A DNA stretch of 64,000 nucleotides from an uncultured Ignavibacteriaceae bacterium (lineage in GTDB: Bacteria; Bacteroidota; Ignavibacteria; Ignavibacteriales; Ignavibacteriaceae). The first letter of the stretch is position 1, and the number at the start of each line of letters is the position of its first letter. Below the pieces are notes generated by a model. It saw only the letters and a list, made by a program, of their open reading frames with translations, was not told the origin of the DNA and did no database searches. The stretch is taken from NCBI GenBank assembly GCA_964431385.1, contig CAYSJM010000002.1, positions 4,242 to 68,241 on the forward strand. The letters run 5' to 3'. The position numbers were made by a program, and so were the translations under genes. Below, piece after piece: positions 9,219 through 19,941 of this stretch.

Positions 9219-10103
9219 TCAGGTGAGAGAATCCCAATTTTTTCCAACTTCATCAAATCTGGATGAGATTTTAGTGATCAAGTCCTCGGGTAACTTACCT
9301 TTTTGAGCAAGTTTGACATTTGCTTTTAAGTGACTTAAATCATTAGTACCAATGAGAATCGAATCAACGCCATAAGTAAAAGCTGAAAATCTGATCATCA
9401 CTTCTTCAAGAGGCATACCATACTCGATGTTCATTTCATAGATTCGTCTTTTGTATTCTGCTACAGAGGGGTCGGAAAGATCTGCGTTTTCTTTCCATGC
9501 AAAATTTGCAAGAGGTCGTTTTGCGATAACGCCCATATATTTTTGCTTCGCAGCATGTAGGAAGTGGTTCTTCGTTTTTTGATCACAAACATTGATAGAA
9601 GATTGTAAGGCTGCGAAAGAATCGCTGTAAACTGCAAATTCAAGGGCATCGTTATCGCCGGAGTAAGCAGGAACTCTTACTTTGCCTTCTTGAACAATTC
9701 TTGTGAGGGCTTCGGTTACTTCACCTTTTTCGAGAATATCTTTATTGCAGGAGTGAAGATGAACGATATCAATGTAATCGGTTTGCAGCACCCTGAGAGC
9801 TTTTTCTACACCTTTAATAATGCAGTCGTATGTCCAGTCTTGAGTACCTTCAACATCATAACCAATTTTTGTGGAAATAATGATTTCCGATCTTCTCGCA
9901 CCAAGAAATTTTCCAAGTCGGTGTTCTGCTTCGCCGTAGCTTCTTGCTGTATCAAAAAGATTAATACCCATATCAAGAGCTGAATTTAAAAGTTTTTCAA
10001 CTTTTTTATCGGTAATATCTTTTCCGCCAATTCTGCCTGTCCCAAATCCAATGGGAGAGACTTTAATTCCGGTAAACCCAAAATCTCGCAATTCAAAACT
10101 CAT
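9219..10103 (-). CDS. Aldo/keto reductase
   Basis: Motifs GFGTGRIGG, FDTARSYGEAE, HLHS and a (beta/alpha)8 pattern. I prefer the start at MSFELRDFG. Confidence 0.8.
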   Translation of the reverse strand: MSFELRDFGFTGIKVSPIGFGTGRIGGKDITDKKVEKLLNSALDMGINLFDTARSYGEAEHRLGKFLGARRSEIIISTKIGYDVEGTQDWTYDCIIKGVEKALRVLQTDYIDIVHLHSCNKDILEKGEVTEALTRIVQEGKVRVPAYSGDNDALEFAVYSDSFAALQSSINVCDQKTKNHFLHAAKQKYMGVIAKRPLANFAWKENADLSDPSVAEYKRRIYEMNIEYGMPLEEVMIRFSAFTYGVDSILIGTNDLSHLKANVKLAQKGKLPEDLITKISSRFDEVGKNWDSLT

Positions 10104-10180
10104 TAATTGATCTCCAAAATAATAATGATTTAAAGACAAAATGTAAGAAAAAGAAAATTTGGAATGGGCAGTCGGAGGGG

Positions 10181-10213
10181 TTTAAAATAAAAAACGGGCT
10201 TTTTATAGCCCGT
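10181..10213 (-). terminator. Intrinsic terminator after the REC-AraC regulator gene
   Basis: Stem ACGGGCT (10194..10200) and AGCCCGT (10207..10213) with a 6-nt loop. A T-run (TTTTTATTTT) follows on the minus strand. Confidence 0.6.
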
Positions 10214-10423
10214 CGGGATCTTTTGCACTATTAAAATCGATTAAATGGTGTTAAAAATGTACTAAAATCTTATTAAACACGATTCAAAAATACGGCAGGG
10301 AAGAAAGGTCTGATAACAGATATCCGCCAATATTTAACAAAATTCGGACATGTGAAAAAAATGTCTGAATAATTGTTCATTCCAAGCTGCAAAACTTCCG
10401 AAAAATGCCTAAAAACAGTTAAA

Positions 10424-11992
10424 TCAACCTTCAAAATCAGTTGAATCAGAGGGAGATTCACCAAATTCTTCCTTATAGCACTTGGCAAAATAGGAGAGAT
10501 TATTAAATCCTGTTGAATAAGCTGCTTCACTGATTGAAAATTTTTCATTCACAATTAACCCCCTTGCTTTTTCAAGTCTGTAAGTTCGTATGAGGTTATT
10601 TGGTGATTTTCCGGTTACTGCACGAATCTTTCTTTGTAACTGTCTTGGACTCATCCCAATCAAGTCACTCAAATTTTCAACACCAAAATCTTCATCGGCA
10701 AAGTTCTCGTTGAGGATGTTATTTATTTTGAGGATGAATTTATCCTGATACAGAGGTGGAGTGATGTTTTCCGACACAACTTCGCTCACCATCGATTTCC
10801 TGAGCTTTTCCCTGTTTTCGAGAAGTGTGGAAACTCTGACTCTCAACTCTTTAAGAGAGACCGGTTTTATAAGTATTTCGTCAGCACCCGATTCAATGGC
10901 TCTAATTTTGTTCACTTCGTATGTATCAGCAGTTAAAAGGACAACCGGGATGTGGGATGTTTTTTCGTTATTTTTTATAATTCTGGTCAGGTCTATTCCG
11001 TTTACACCCGGCATGTGAATATCCGATAGAATAAGATCAGGTATAAAGGAAATTGCTTTTCTCATCCCCTCAAAACCATTCGCAGCTTCAATAATTTTAA
11101 ATTCTCTTTGAAAAGTCTTTTTTAAAAGTCTTCCAACTTCATGGTTGTCTTCGATTATTAGAATAATTTGCGATTCACTTTCACCGGGATTGTTGTCATC
11201 CGAAGGTTCTTCAGGGGCCCCAAATTCTTCTGCGAGTTGAAAAGTATTCCACAGATTAAATTCCTCAAGAAAGTCATCTTCTACATCATTATTGCTAAGC
11301 GGAGGGAGTGGAAGCGAGATGACAAGTCTTTCTTGCACCCTGGAAATCGATAATCTGATTCCATAAGTCAAACAAATCGTGTTAAGGAGGACAGCATCAA
11401 TCAAGTTTGAAGGTTTCGAAAAAATACTTTCCAAAATCCCCTCAGAGTCAGGGTCTTCAGAATACTTAAAATTTGGAGAAAAGCTTATTTGAATAGTAAA
11501 ATTTTTAGCTTCATCTCGTTGAGCAATAACATTCACGATATCCGAGGGATTGGAAACCCTAAGCACCATCGAAATAAGATGTCCTGCAATTCTATCCATC
11601 ATAAGAGGTGAGCATTTTGTGATATAACTCGCTCTGTCACTCAAGAAAACAATATCGATATTCCTTTGGGAGGCAAGTCCCTTAAGATTCTCTGTGATGA
11701 TATTTAAAATTTTTATCAAATCAACATTCTTTTCGACAAATTCAGGAAATGCCATTGTACTTAGAGAGTCGATCTGGGCTGCCAAATTTTCGAGATTTGT
11801 AAGCGAATTTTTGATAGTGTGCAACGAGTCAGAAGTGTTGCGGGACTGATTAGACTCTAAAATAATATCTAAATTTCCGAGAGAAATCGTTATATTGCTC
11901 CTCAAATTTGAGGCAATTGAAGAGAAGAGATTCTGTTTTAGATTCTTGCGGTAAGTGTCATAAAACGGTGCTATCGGCTTTTTATTGCTCAT
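10424..11992 (-). CDS. Cytoplasmic regulator with degenerate HisKA/HATPase-like region + REC + AraC-type HTH
   Basis: REC motifs IILIIEDN..LILSDIHMPG..VVLLTA..IKP. C-terminal AraC HTH (ENLSDLIGMSPRQLQRKIRAVTG..SEAAYSTGFNNLSYFAKCYKEEFG). The N-terminal ~250 aa align to a kinase core but lack the phospho-His. Confidence 0.75.
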   Translation of the reverse strand: MSNKKPIAPFYDTYRKNLKQNLFSSIASNLRSNITISLGNLDIILESNQSRNTSDSLHTIKNSLTNLENLAAQIDSLSTMAFPEFVEKNVDLIKILNIITENLKGLASQRNIDIVFLSDRASYITKCSPLMMDRIAGHLISMVLRVSNPSDIVNVIAQRDEAKNFTIQISFSPNFKYSEDPDSEGILESIFSKPSNLIDAVLLNTICLTYGIRLSISRVQERLVISLPLPPLSNNDVEDDFLEEFNLWNTFQLAEEFGAPEEPSDDNNPGESESQIILIIEDNHEVGRLLKKTFQREFKIIEAANGFEGMRKAISFIPDLILSDIHMPGVNGIDLTRIIKNNEKTSHIPVVLLTADTYEVNKIRAIESGADEILIKPVSLKELRVRVSTLLENREKLRKSMVSEVVSENITPPLYQDKFILKINNILNENFADEDFGVENLSDLIGMSPRQLQRKIRAVTGKSPNNLIRTYRLEKARGLIVNEKFSISEAAYSTGFNNLSYFAKCYKEEFGESPSDSTDFEG

Positions 11993-12075
11993 CTACTTTA
12001 GACTGAAACTTTCAGGTAATTTATTATAACGGTTGTAAATATAAAGAATCGAATCCTTAAATTTTAAATGAATAT

Positions 12076-13524
12076 ATGATAGAAGATAAAATTTTTATTC
12101 TCTCAATACTTGTAGTCCTTTCGATCCTTGTCACAAGATTAACCAGAAATTATGGGGTGCCAACACTTTTACTTTTTTTAGGCCTTGGGATGCTATCAGG
12201 TTCAGATGGACCCGGTGGAATTGATTTTAATGATACTGCATTAGCACAATCAATCGGCACCATCGCACTCGTATTTATTCTGTTCTCAGGTGGTTTGGAA
12301 ACAAGCATGGAATCGGTGCGGGACGGGATAAAATCATCGTTATCATTGGCAACTCTTGGGGTTGTTATAACAGCGGTTTTGTCGGGAGCGTTTTTATATT
12401 TTGTAGCGGGTTATTCCGCGGGATTTTCATTTTTCATCGGTGCAGTAATTTCTTCAACAGACGCACCCGCAATATTTTCTGTTCTCAGAGCCAAAGACCT
12501 GAATCTTTCCGGGGATCTTAAATCTGTTTTGGAGCTCGAAAGTGGCAGTAACGATCCGATGGCTATCTTTCTGACCATGTTGATGATTTCCGTTCTCACC
12601 GTGCCCGACCAATCAGTCACAGATTACCTGTTATTTTTTGTAATGCAGTTTGGTATCGGATCGATATTGGGATACGCCGGTGGGAAAATAACAGCAGCGA
12701 TGATGAACAAACTCGATTTTATTTCACCCGGCTTTTATCCGGTCTTTGTATTATCGGCTGCACTGATGATTTACAGTGGAACAGTCCTGGTTGCCGGCAG
12801 TGGATTTTTGGCTGTTTACATCGCAGGAATTGTAGCTAATGGACATGAATTCCAACACAAAACGAATGTTCTGCGTTTTTTTGAGGGGCTCGCCTGGTTA
12901 AGCCAAATTGGTATGTTTCTCACCTTGGGGTTACTTATTTACCCGTCGCAACTACCCGAAGTTGCCTTAATTGGGAGTTTATTTGCACTTTTCCTCATGT
13001 TTGTAGCAAGACCGATAGCAGTATTCCTCTCTTTATTATTCAGTTCGTTTAATCTTAGGGAGAAGTCATTTATTGTCTGGGGTGGTTTGAGAGGTGCGGT
13101 TCCCATAATTTTGGCGACATTTGCACTAACTTCTAATCTTCCGGACGGTCAGATGCTTCTGCATCTGGTATTTTTTGTTGTTATCTTTTCAGCTTTGGGG
13201 CAGGGGTGGTCGATCCCTGCAATCGCAAGTTTATTAAAGGTTAAAAACGAAAAAAACTTGAGTAAAAAAGTACTGATGGACCTCGAAACTGGAAGGGATG
13301 ACAACAAAACACTTTTTGATCTATTTGTTCAGCCGGGTTCTTCCGCCTGCGGAAATAAAATAGTAGAACTTGGGTTACCTGCAGGTGTACTGATTGTGCT
13401 AATAGAAAGGAAGGGGAAATATGTAATCCCCTCGGGAAGCACAATAATCGAAGAAGATGATCTGGTTATATTGCTGGTCGATAAAACAGATATAGAAATG
13501 GTCGCAGCTTACTTCAAATCATGA
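12076..13524 (+). CDS. K+/H+ (cation/proton) antiporter, CPA1 NhaP2-like with a C-terminal TrkA-C/RCK_C domain
   Basis: About 12 TM helices, the motif ELESGSNDP typical of the NhaP type, and a C-terminal soluble domain (GNKIVELGLPAGVLIVLIERKGKYVIPSGSTIIEEDDLVIL). Confidence 0.75.
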   Translation: MIEDKIFILSILVVLSILVTRLTRNYGVPTLLLFLGLGMLSGSDGPGGIDFNDTALAQSIGTIALVFILFSGGLETSMESVRDGIKSSLSLATLGVVITAVLSGAFLYFVAGYSAGFSFFIGAVISSTDAPAIFSVLRAKDLNLSGDLKSVLELESGSNDPMAIFLTMLMISVLTVPDQSVTDYLLFFVMQFGIGSILGYAGGKITAAMMNKLDFISPGFYPVFVLSAALMIYSGTVLVAGSGFLAVYIAGIVANGHEFQHKTNVLRFFEGLAWLSQIGMFLTLGLLIYPSQLPEVALIGSLFALFLMFVARPIAVFLSLLFSSFNLREKSFIVWGGLRGAVPIILATFALTSNLPDGQMLLHLVFFVVIFSALGQGWSIPAIASLLKVKNEKNLSKKVLMDLETGRDDNKTLFDLFVQPGSSACGNKIVELGLPAGVLIVLIERKGKYVIPSGSTIIEEDDLVILLVDKTDIEMVAAYFKS

Positions 13525-13532
13525 AGTGATGA

Positions 13533-14720
13533 TTAAATTATTCTTACTACAGCTTTGTTCATAAGATAACGGTAAATCTTCCTGATTACTCTGAAGATAA
13601 AAACGAGATAAAAGGCATAAACAGCGATACCTACAATTCTGACAACAAAAGAAAATGCCGCATTTTTTACCGGTTTATATGTCGGTAAAATCCCGTCAGT
13701 TCTAATAAGCGGATTTAGAAAGAATGTGGTTTTGGGGTTATATACCTCTGTCCTCAGATAAGTTTTAACTTTTTTGAGGGGATAGACCAAAGAATCGGTT
13801 TTTGCAAATGAACCAAGTACCTCACCGTAGTTCCCGATTAACAGTATGGAATCTGCCGGCATGGTTAGTTTTAATTTCATCGAGTCATTTTCAACTCTAA
13901 GATACCGCAATTCGTTATCCAACTCTGCATTATTCCCTTTAACAGCGACTGAATTCCCTTTTCTTAGCGCATCCACGATCAGATTTCCCAGAAGCGACCC
14001 TGCCCGTACCATCGTCCAATATCTACCCGTTTCATCTTTTCTGGTTTGATTGTGTGAATCATCATTTCCATATCCGAATGCAGGGTAACCGGCAGAAAGA
14101 GCTGCATCCCAGTGGTGAACTGAAGTTCTGTAATGATTTAAAATTTCGATGTGGGTATAGTTTGAAAGGTACTGAAAATCGTCAGGATGGTAACCTTCGA
14201 GGAATTCCGGATGATTTATTGCGAGCAGTTTGGTCGTTGGTCTTATTCTTTCAATAATATCCTGTTTATGATGAAGGGACTGAAACAGGGGATAGTCAAA
14301 ATTCACAATCTCTTTGGCACCAATTGGATGTTGATGCCGTTTCCAGACATTTAACCCATGCTCATAGAGAGGGATGAATTCATCATCTTTAACATTTTTT
14401 GATTTTGTAATTTTATGATAGTCAGAAATTCCTGCAAAATCATATCCGAGTGACTTATAGACGGAATCAACCTGCTCCGGAGTTAGTGTTCCGTTTGTTA
14501 ATCCACCCCATGCCTGGGCGTGGGCATGAAAATTGGCTTTGAACCATTTGCCGGAAGTGTCTGCATACGGATTGTACCATTCAACACCCGAAAAAGGCTT
14601 CATAGCCGGGAATTTGTAAACATTTGTAAAGATATATGGAAACATAGCGATAGCAAGAACTATCAGAAATAAAATCGATATGATAAAAACGGGAACTAAC
14701 AGGAGTTTTTTAAAGTTCAT
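13533..14720 (-). CDS. Membrane-anchored PHP-like metal-dependent phosphoesterase (tentative)
   Basis: I prefer the start at MNFKKLLLVPVF.., which gives a single N-terminal TM. His/Asp-rich motifs NFHAHAQAWGG, GISDYH, NHPEF and GNDDSHN are spaced as in PHP/CehA-like folds. There is a C-terminal TM. Confidence 0.35.
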   Translation of the reverse strand: MNFKKLLLVPVFIISILFLIVLAIAMFPYIFTNVYKFPAMKPFSGVEWYNPYADTSGKWFKANFHAHAQAWGGLTNGTLTPEQVDSVYKSLGYDFAGISDYHKITKSKNVKDDEFIPLYEHGLNVWKRHQHPIGAKEIVNFDYPLFQSLHHKQDIIERIRPTTKLLAINHPEFLEGYHPDDFQYLSNYTHIEILNHYRTSVHHWDAALSAGYPAFGYGNDDSHNQTRKDETGRYWTMVRAGSLLGNLIVDALRKGNSVAVKGNNAELDNELRYLRVENDSMKLKLTMPADSILLIGNYGEVLGSFAKTDSLVYPLKKVKTYLRTEVYNPKTTFFLNPLIRTDGILPTYKPVKNAAFSFVVRIVGIAVYAFYLVFIFRVIRKIYRYLMNKAVVRII

Positions 14721-14831
14721 CTTGTAATTTGGGGTGGTAGCTGGGCTGAAAAATATTATATTTGTGATCGCAAATTTACGAAATTTTATGATCATTTCAA
14801 GATCCAATTTAAAGTGAAAGGACTAACATTA

Positions 14832-16736
14832 ATGGAAACCAAAGTGCAGGAAAAGTTTACTTTTCAAGCTGAAATCACACAACTCCTCGATATATTGGTT
14901 CATTCCCTCTATAGCAGTCGTGAGATATTTCTAAGAGAATTAATCTCCAATGCCTCAGATGCAATTGATAAATTAAGAATAATCTCACTTCGTGGTGAAA
15001 GTTTTCACCAAAAAGATCTTCCATTCGAAATTAAAATATCGTTTGATCAAGACGCAAAAATGTTGGTAATCACAGATACCGGCATTGGAATGACCAAAGA
15101 CGAACTCGTTAAAAACATCGGTACAATTGCTAAATCGGGAAGTTCAGAGTTCATCAAAGCTCTAAAAACCGGTGAAAGCGATGCTAAAGAAATCATCGGA
15201 AGGTTTGGTGTTGGGTTTTATTCGGTCTTCATGGTCGCAAACGAAGTAAAAATAAAAACCAGATCTTATCAACCTGAGGAAACGGGTTATATCTGGAAAT
15301 CAACCGGAAGTGGTGACTTCACAATTACCGAGATGGAAGAGTCAGCAAATCGTGGTACATCGATCGAGATTTACCTGAAAGATGAAGCTGTTGAATTTGC
15401 ATCTAAAGAGAGACTCGAAGAGATTGTTAAAAAGCATTCCGGGTTTATTTCTTATCCTATCTATCTTGCAGCAGAAAGAGTTAACACAATAACTGCTTTG
15501 TGGAAAGAACCAAAAAGCAATATTAAACCGGAACAGTACGCAGAATTTTATAAGTTCATTTCGCATGATTTTGAAGACCCTGAAGGTCACATTCATTATG
15601 CCATTGAAGCACCAATTCAGTTTAATGCACTTCTTTTTATTCCAAAGAAGAATTTTGATTTTTTTGGAATGAACAGAGATAATTACGGTCTCGATCTCTA
15701 TGTAAGAAAAGTACTAATTCAGCATCAGTCAAAAGACTTGCTTCCAGAGTTCCTGAGTTTTGTTAAGGGTGTGGTTGACTCCGAAGATCTTCCGCTTAAT
15801 GTTTCAAGAGAGACACTTCAGGAAAATGCTATTTTTGGCAAAATCTCGAGAGAAGTGACCAAAGCGGTGTTGAACGATCTTATTCGTAGAGCTAAAGAAG
15901 ATCCCGAGCAATATAAAAGAATCTATAAAGAACACGGTAAAAAGATAAAACTCGGATTCAACGATCATAATAACAGAGAGAAATATCTGGAACTCCTCCG
16001 ATTTGATTCTTTGAATAACAGTGATCCTGAAAAATTGATCTCACTCGATGACTACAAATCGAGTCTAAAAGCGGATCAAAAAGAAATCTATCATGCTCTC
16101 GGAACTTCAAGAGAATCTTTGCTCGCAGACCCTGCCATTGAAATCTTCAAGAAGAAGGGGATTGATGTTCTCTTCCTTCTCGATCCGGTTGATGAATATG
16201 CACTAAATATGTGTGCCAAATATGGTGAATTGGACTTTGTTTCTGTTGAAAAAGCCGACATTTCTAAACTGGATGCTTTTGTTGATGTAGAGGTTGATGA
16301 AAACAAGTTGCCTGAGTTGGTTGCCGAAGATGAAAAAGTGCTCGAAGATCTCGCTTCCAACATTAAGGAAATTCTTGGTGACAAAGTAAAAGAAGTGAAA
16401 ATCTCGAAGCGTTTAAGTGATCATGCAGTTTGGCTCGCGGGTGAAAATGAGATGTTTTCAGCATCATTCAGACGAATGATGAAAGGAAGCAACCCAATGT
16501 TCGACTCTTTTGGTGCCTCCAAAGTGATGGAGATAAACAAAAACAGTGCGGTCATCAGGAATCTTCTGAATATTTACAAGGGTGATAAATCGTCACCTGT
16601 AATCCCAAGAGTTGTTAATGTACTTTACCTCGCTGCCGAACTTGGTTCAGGCGATCTGAAAGACCCGTTTATACTCGTAAAAGAGATGAATTCGATACTT
16701 GAGACTTTTACAGGTTCCTACACTATAATAAAATAG
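14832..16736 (+). CDS. htpG: Molecular chaperone HtpG (Hsp90)
   Basis: FQAEITQLLDILVHSLYSSREIFLRELISNASDAIDKLR and GRFGVGFYS are canonical Hsp90 N-domain motifs. I prefer the ATG at 14832 over the GTG at 14814. Confidence 0.9.
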   Translation: METKVQEKFTFQAEITQLLDILVHSLYSSREIFLRELISNASDAIDKLRIISLRGESFHQKDLPFEIKISFDQDAKMLVITDTGIGMTKDELVKNIGTIAKSGSSEFIKALKTGESDAKEIIGRFGVGFYSVFMVANEVKIKTRSYQPEETGYIWKSTGSGDFTITEMEESANRGTSIEIYLKDEAVEFASKERLEEIVKKHSGFISYPIYLAAERVNTITALWKEPKSNIKPEQYAEFYKFISHDFEDPEGHIHYAIEAPIQFNALLFIPKKNFDFFGMNRDNYGLDLYVRKVLIQHQSKDLLPEFLSFVKGVVDSEDLPLNVSRETLQENAIFGKISREVTKAVLNDLIRRAKEDPEQYKRIYKEHGKKIKLGFNDHNNREKYLELLRFDSLNNSDPEKLISLDDYKSSLKADQKEIYHALGTSRESLLADPAIEIFKKKGIDVLFLLDPVDEYALNMCAKYGELDFVSVEKADISKLDAFVDVEVDENKLPELVAEDEKVLEDLASNIKEILGDKVKEVKISKRLSDHAVWLAGENEMFSASFRRMMKGSNPMFDSFGASKVMEINKNSAVIRNLLNIYKGDKSSPVIPRVVNVLYLAAELGSGDLKDPFILVKEMNSILETFTGSYTIIK

Positions 16737-16745
16737 ATGTTTCTT

Positions 16746-16776
16746 AAAACAAGGAGGTAAAACCTCCTTGTTTTTA
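16746..16776 (+). terminator. Intrinsic terminator after htpG
   Basis: AAAACAAGGAGG (16746..16757), loop TAAAA, then CCTCCTTGTTTT (16763..16774) followed by T. Confidence 0.75.
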
Positions 16777-16849
16777 AATATTTTGATTTATTGAATTAAT
16801 TAAAATGTTTAAGTTTAAATCATAAATCCAATAAACTTCGAAAGAACAT

Positions 16850-18130
16850 ATGGCACCAAATATTTTCGATACAATGGCGCAAAAGATTGAGTTCTGGCGT
16901 TCCGACATGTCAGCATTTTTAAAGGAAAGTGGAGATCAAAAAGTTTCTGACATTACCATTTCTCAGATAATGGGTGGAATGCGCGGAGTTACATCACTTT
17001 GGTGTGATACTTCAGTTGTTCCTAAGGATCAGGGTCTTATCATTCGTGGTAAACCTGTTTCAGAATTAACTGATATCACCGGCGTACAAGTTTTTTATCT
17101 CCTTCTCACAGGAGACTTACCAAACGAAGAAGAGTTGCACGAATTCCAGTTGGCACTCAGAATAAGAAAATTTGTCCCTTATTATGTTTGGGAAATACTG
17201 AAAGCCATGCCAAAGGATTCACATCCTATGACAATGCTTTCTACAGCAGTGCTCTCAATGCAAAAAGAATCGTCATTCGCCCGTCATCATGATGAAGGGA
17301 TTCACAAAAGCGAATACTGGAGATATACACTCGAAGATGCACTTAACCTAATTGCAAAACTTCCTGCAATAGCTGCTGCTATCTACAGAATCAGATATAA
17401 TAAAGGCGAATTGATTCAACCTGACCCTGATATGAGACTTTCGGAGGATTTTGTCCATATGCTCGGTCTGGACTCGTCAGGTGAAGAATTTTTGAAGTTA
17501 ATGACCCTCTTCCTCGTTGCTCACTCAGACCACGAGGGTGGTAATGTGAGTTCATTTACTGCTTCCATTGTTAACTCAGCTCTCTCCGATTTATATTATT
17601 CGATCTCAGCAGGATTCAACGGTCTTGCCGGTCCACTTCACGGTCTCGCAAATCAGGAAGCCCTCAAATGGGTATTGGAAGTGATGAAGAAATATAACGG
17701 AACCCCGACGAAAGAACAAATTGAAGATGTTGTGAACGAAACTCTCGCTGCAGGTCAGGTAATTCCGGGATACGGTCATGCCGTTCTGAGAGTTGTTGAT
17801 CCAAGATTCACAGCTTTTTATGAATTCGGAAAAGTCCATTGTCCTGAAGACCCTGTTTTCAAAACAGTGGTTAATACATTTGAAGTGGTGCCTGAAGTCC
17901 TTAAGAGGATCCCAAAAATTCAAAATCCATGGCCAAATGTTGACGCAGTAACGGGTTCTTTATTATACCATTATGGACTTAGAGAATTCTCATATTATAC
18001 TGTTATTTTTGCATTATCAAGATCGATAGGTCTTGCTTCTCAAGCTGTAATGAACAGAGCATTAGGATTGCCAATCGTGCGTCCAAAATCTGTGACTACC
18101 TCGTGGTTAAAAAGTCAGGTTATCAAATAA
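16850..18130 (+). CDS. gltA: Citrate synthase
   Basis: Catalytic-region motifs HSDHEGGNVS, GPLHG, GYGHAVLR and DPR. Confidence 0.9.
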   Translation: MAPNIFDTMAQKIEFWRSDMSAFLKESGDQKVSDITISQIMGGMRGVTSLWCDTSVVPKDQGLIIRGKPVSELTDITGVQVFYLLLTGDLPNEEELHEFQLALRIRKFVPYYVWEILKAMPKDSHPMTMLSTAVLSMQKESSFARHHDEGIHKSEYWRYTLEDALNLIAKLPAIAAAIYRIRYNKGELIQPDPDMRLSEDFVHMLGLDSSGEEFLKLMTLFLVAHSDHEGGNVSSFTASIVNSALSDLYYSISAGFNGLAGPLHGLANQEALKWVLEVMKKYNGTPTKEQIEDVVNETLAAGQVIPGYGHAVLRVVDPRFTAFYEFGKVHCPEDPVFKTVVNTFEVVPEVLKRIPKIQNPWPNVDAVTGSLLYHYGLREFSYYTVIFALSRSIGLASQAVMNRALGLPIVRPKSVTTSWLKSQVIK

Positions 18131-18169
18131 TCTCGCGGAATTAATCCAGGAAGAAAAATGATCATTTGA

Positions 18170-18201
18170 AAAGAGGCTGTTTTTGTTAGCAGCCTCTTTT
18201 T
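18170..18201 (+). terminator. Intrinsic terminator after gltA
   Basis: AGAGGCTG (18172..18179) pairs with CAGCCTCT (18190..18197), followed by TTTT. Confidence 0.65.
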
Positions 18202-18317
18202 AGTTTAAATTTTTTAAGGATTTTAGCTACACTTCAAACTTGGAATTTTATAAGAATAGAGAATTACATATATTGCAAAATGAAATTATCATTTAATTAT
18301 TCACACAAAGAATTATT

Positions 18318-18833
18318 ATGTCTATTGAGCATATAGCCAACATCAGACCGGCAGAGAATACAGATATCGACACCATCAGGGAATTGCTTCGTAAAACCTG
18401 GTTGGATGCGTATGGATTTATTCCTGTTGAAGACCTTGATACATATTTGAATGCAAATTATTCTGTCGCGAAATTAAAAGAGATTTTGACCACAGACCGT
18501 GAAGAATGTTTTGTTTACGATGATGGCACAGGAATCACCGGCTGGATGCGACTCAGACGAGATGATGATAATAATATATTTTCTGTGATATCCCTTTATG
18601 TCCTGCCCGAAGCTCAGGGAAAGGGAACAGGCAAAAAGCTCCTGAATTTTGCTTGTGAGTTTGCTCTTGAATACCGTTTCGAAAAAGTTACACTTGGAGT
18701 AATGACCCAAAAAGAAAAAAGTGCGAAATGGTACCAAAATAACGGTTTTAGCATAGTTAGAACCGAACCGTTTACTATGGGCAATACAGAAGTTGAACAC
18801 TTGATTATGGAAAAAATAATTTTCTTTCAGTAA
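18318..18833 (+). CDS. GNAT-family N-acetyltransferase
   Basis: 171 aa with the acetyl-CoA loop LYVLPEAQGKGTGKKLL and a C-terminal WYQNNGF. Confidence 0.7.
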   Translation: MSIEHIANIRPAENTDIDTIRELLRKTWLDAYGFIPVEDLDTYLNANYSVAKLKEILTTDREECFVYDDGTGITGWMRLRRDDDNNIFSVISLYVLPEAQGKGTGKKLLNFACEFALEYRFEKVTLGVMTQKEKSAKWYQNNGFSIVRTEPFTMGNTEVEHLIMEKIIFFQ

Positions 18834-18897
18834 TACCCTCCAAAAACTTTTTATTAGCCCCTTTTATAATTGTAAATTTAAAGATTCAATTTTTTAA

Positions 18898-19917
<1,020 letters not shown>

Positions 19918-19941
19918 TTTTTCGAAAGGTAGAATTTTCTC

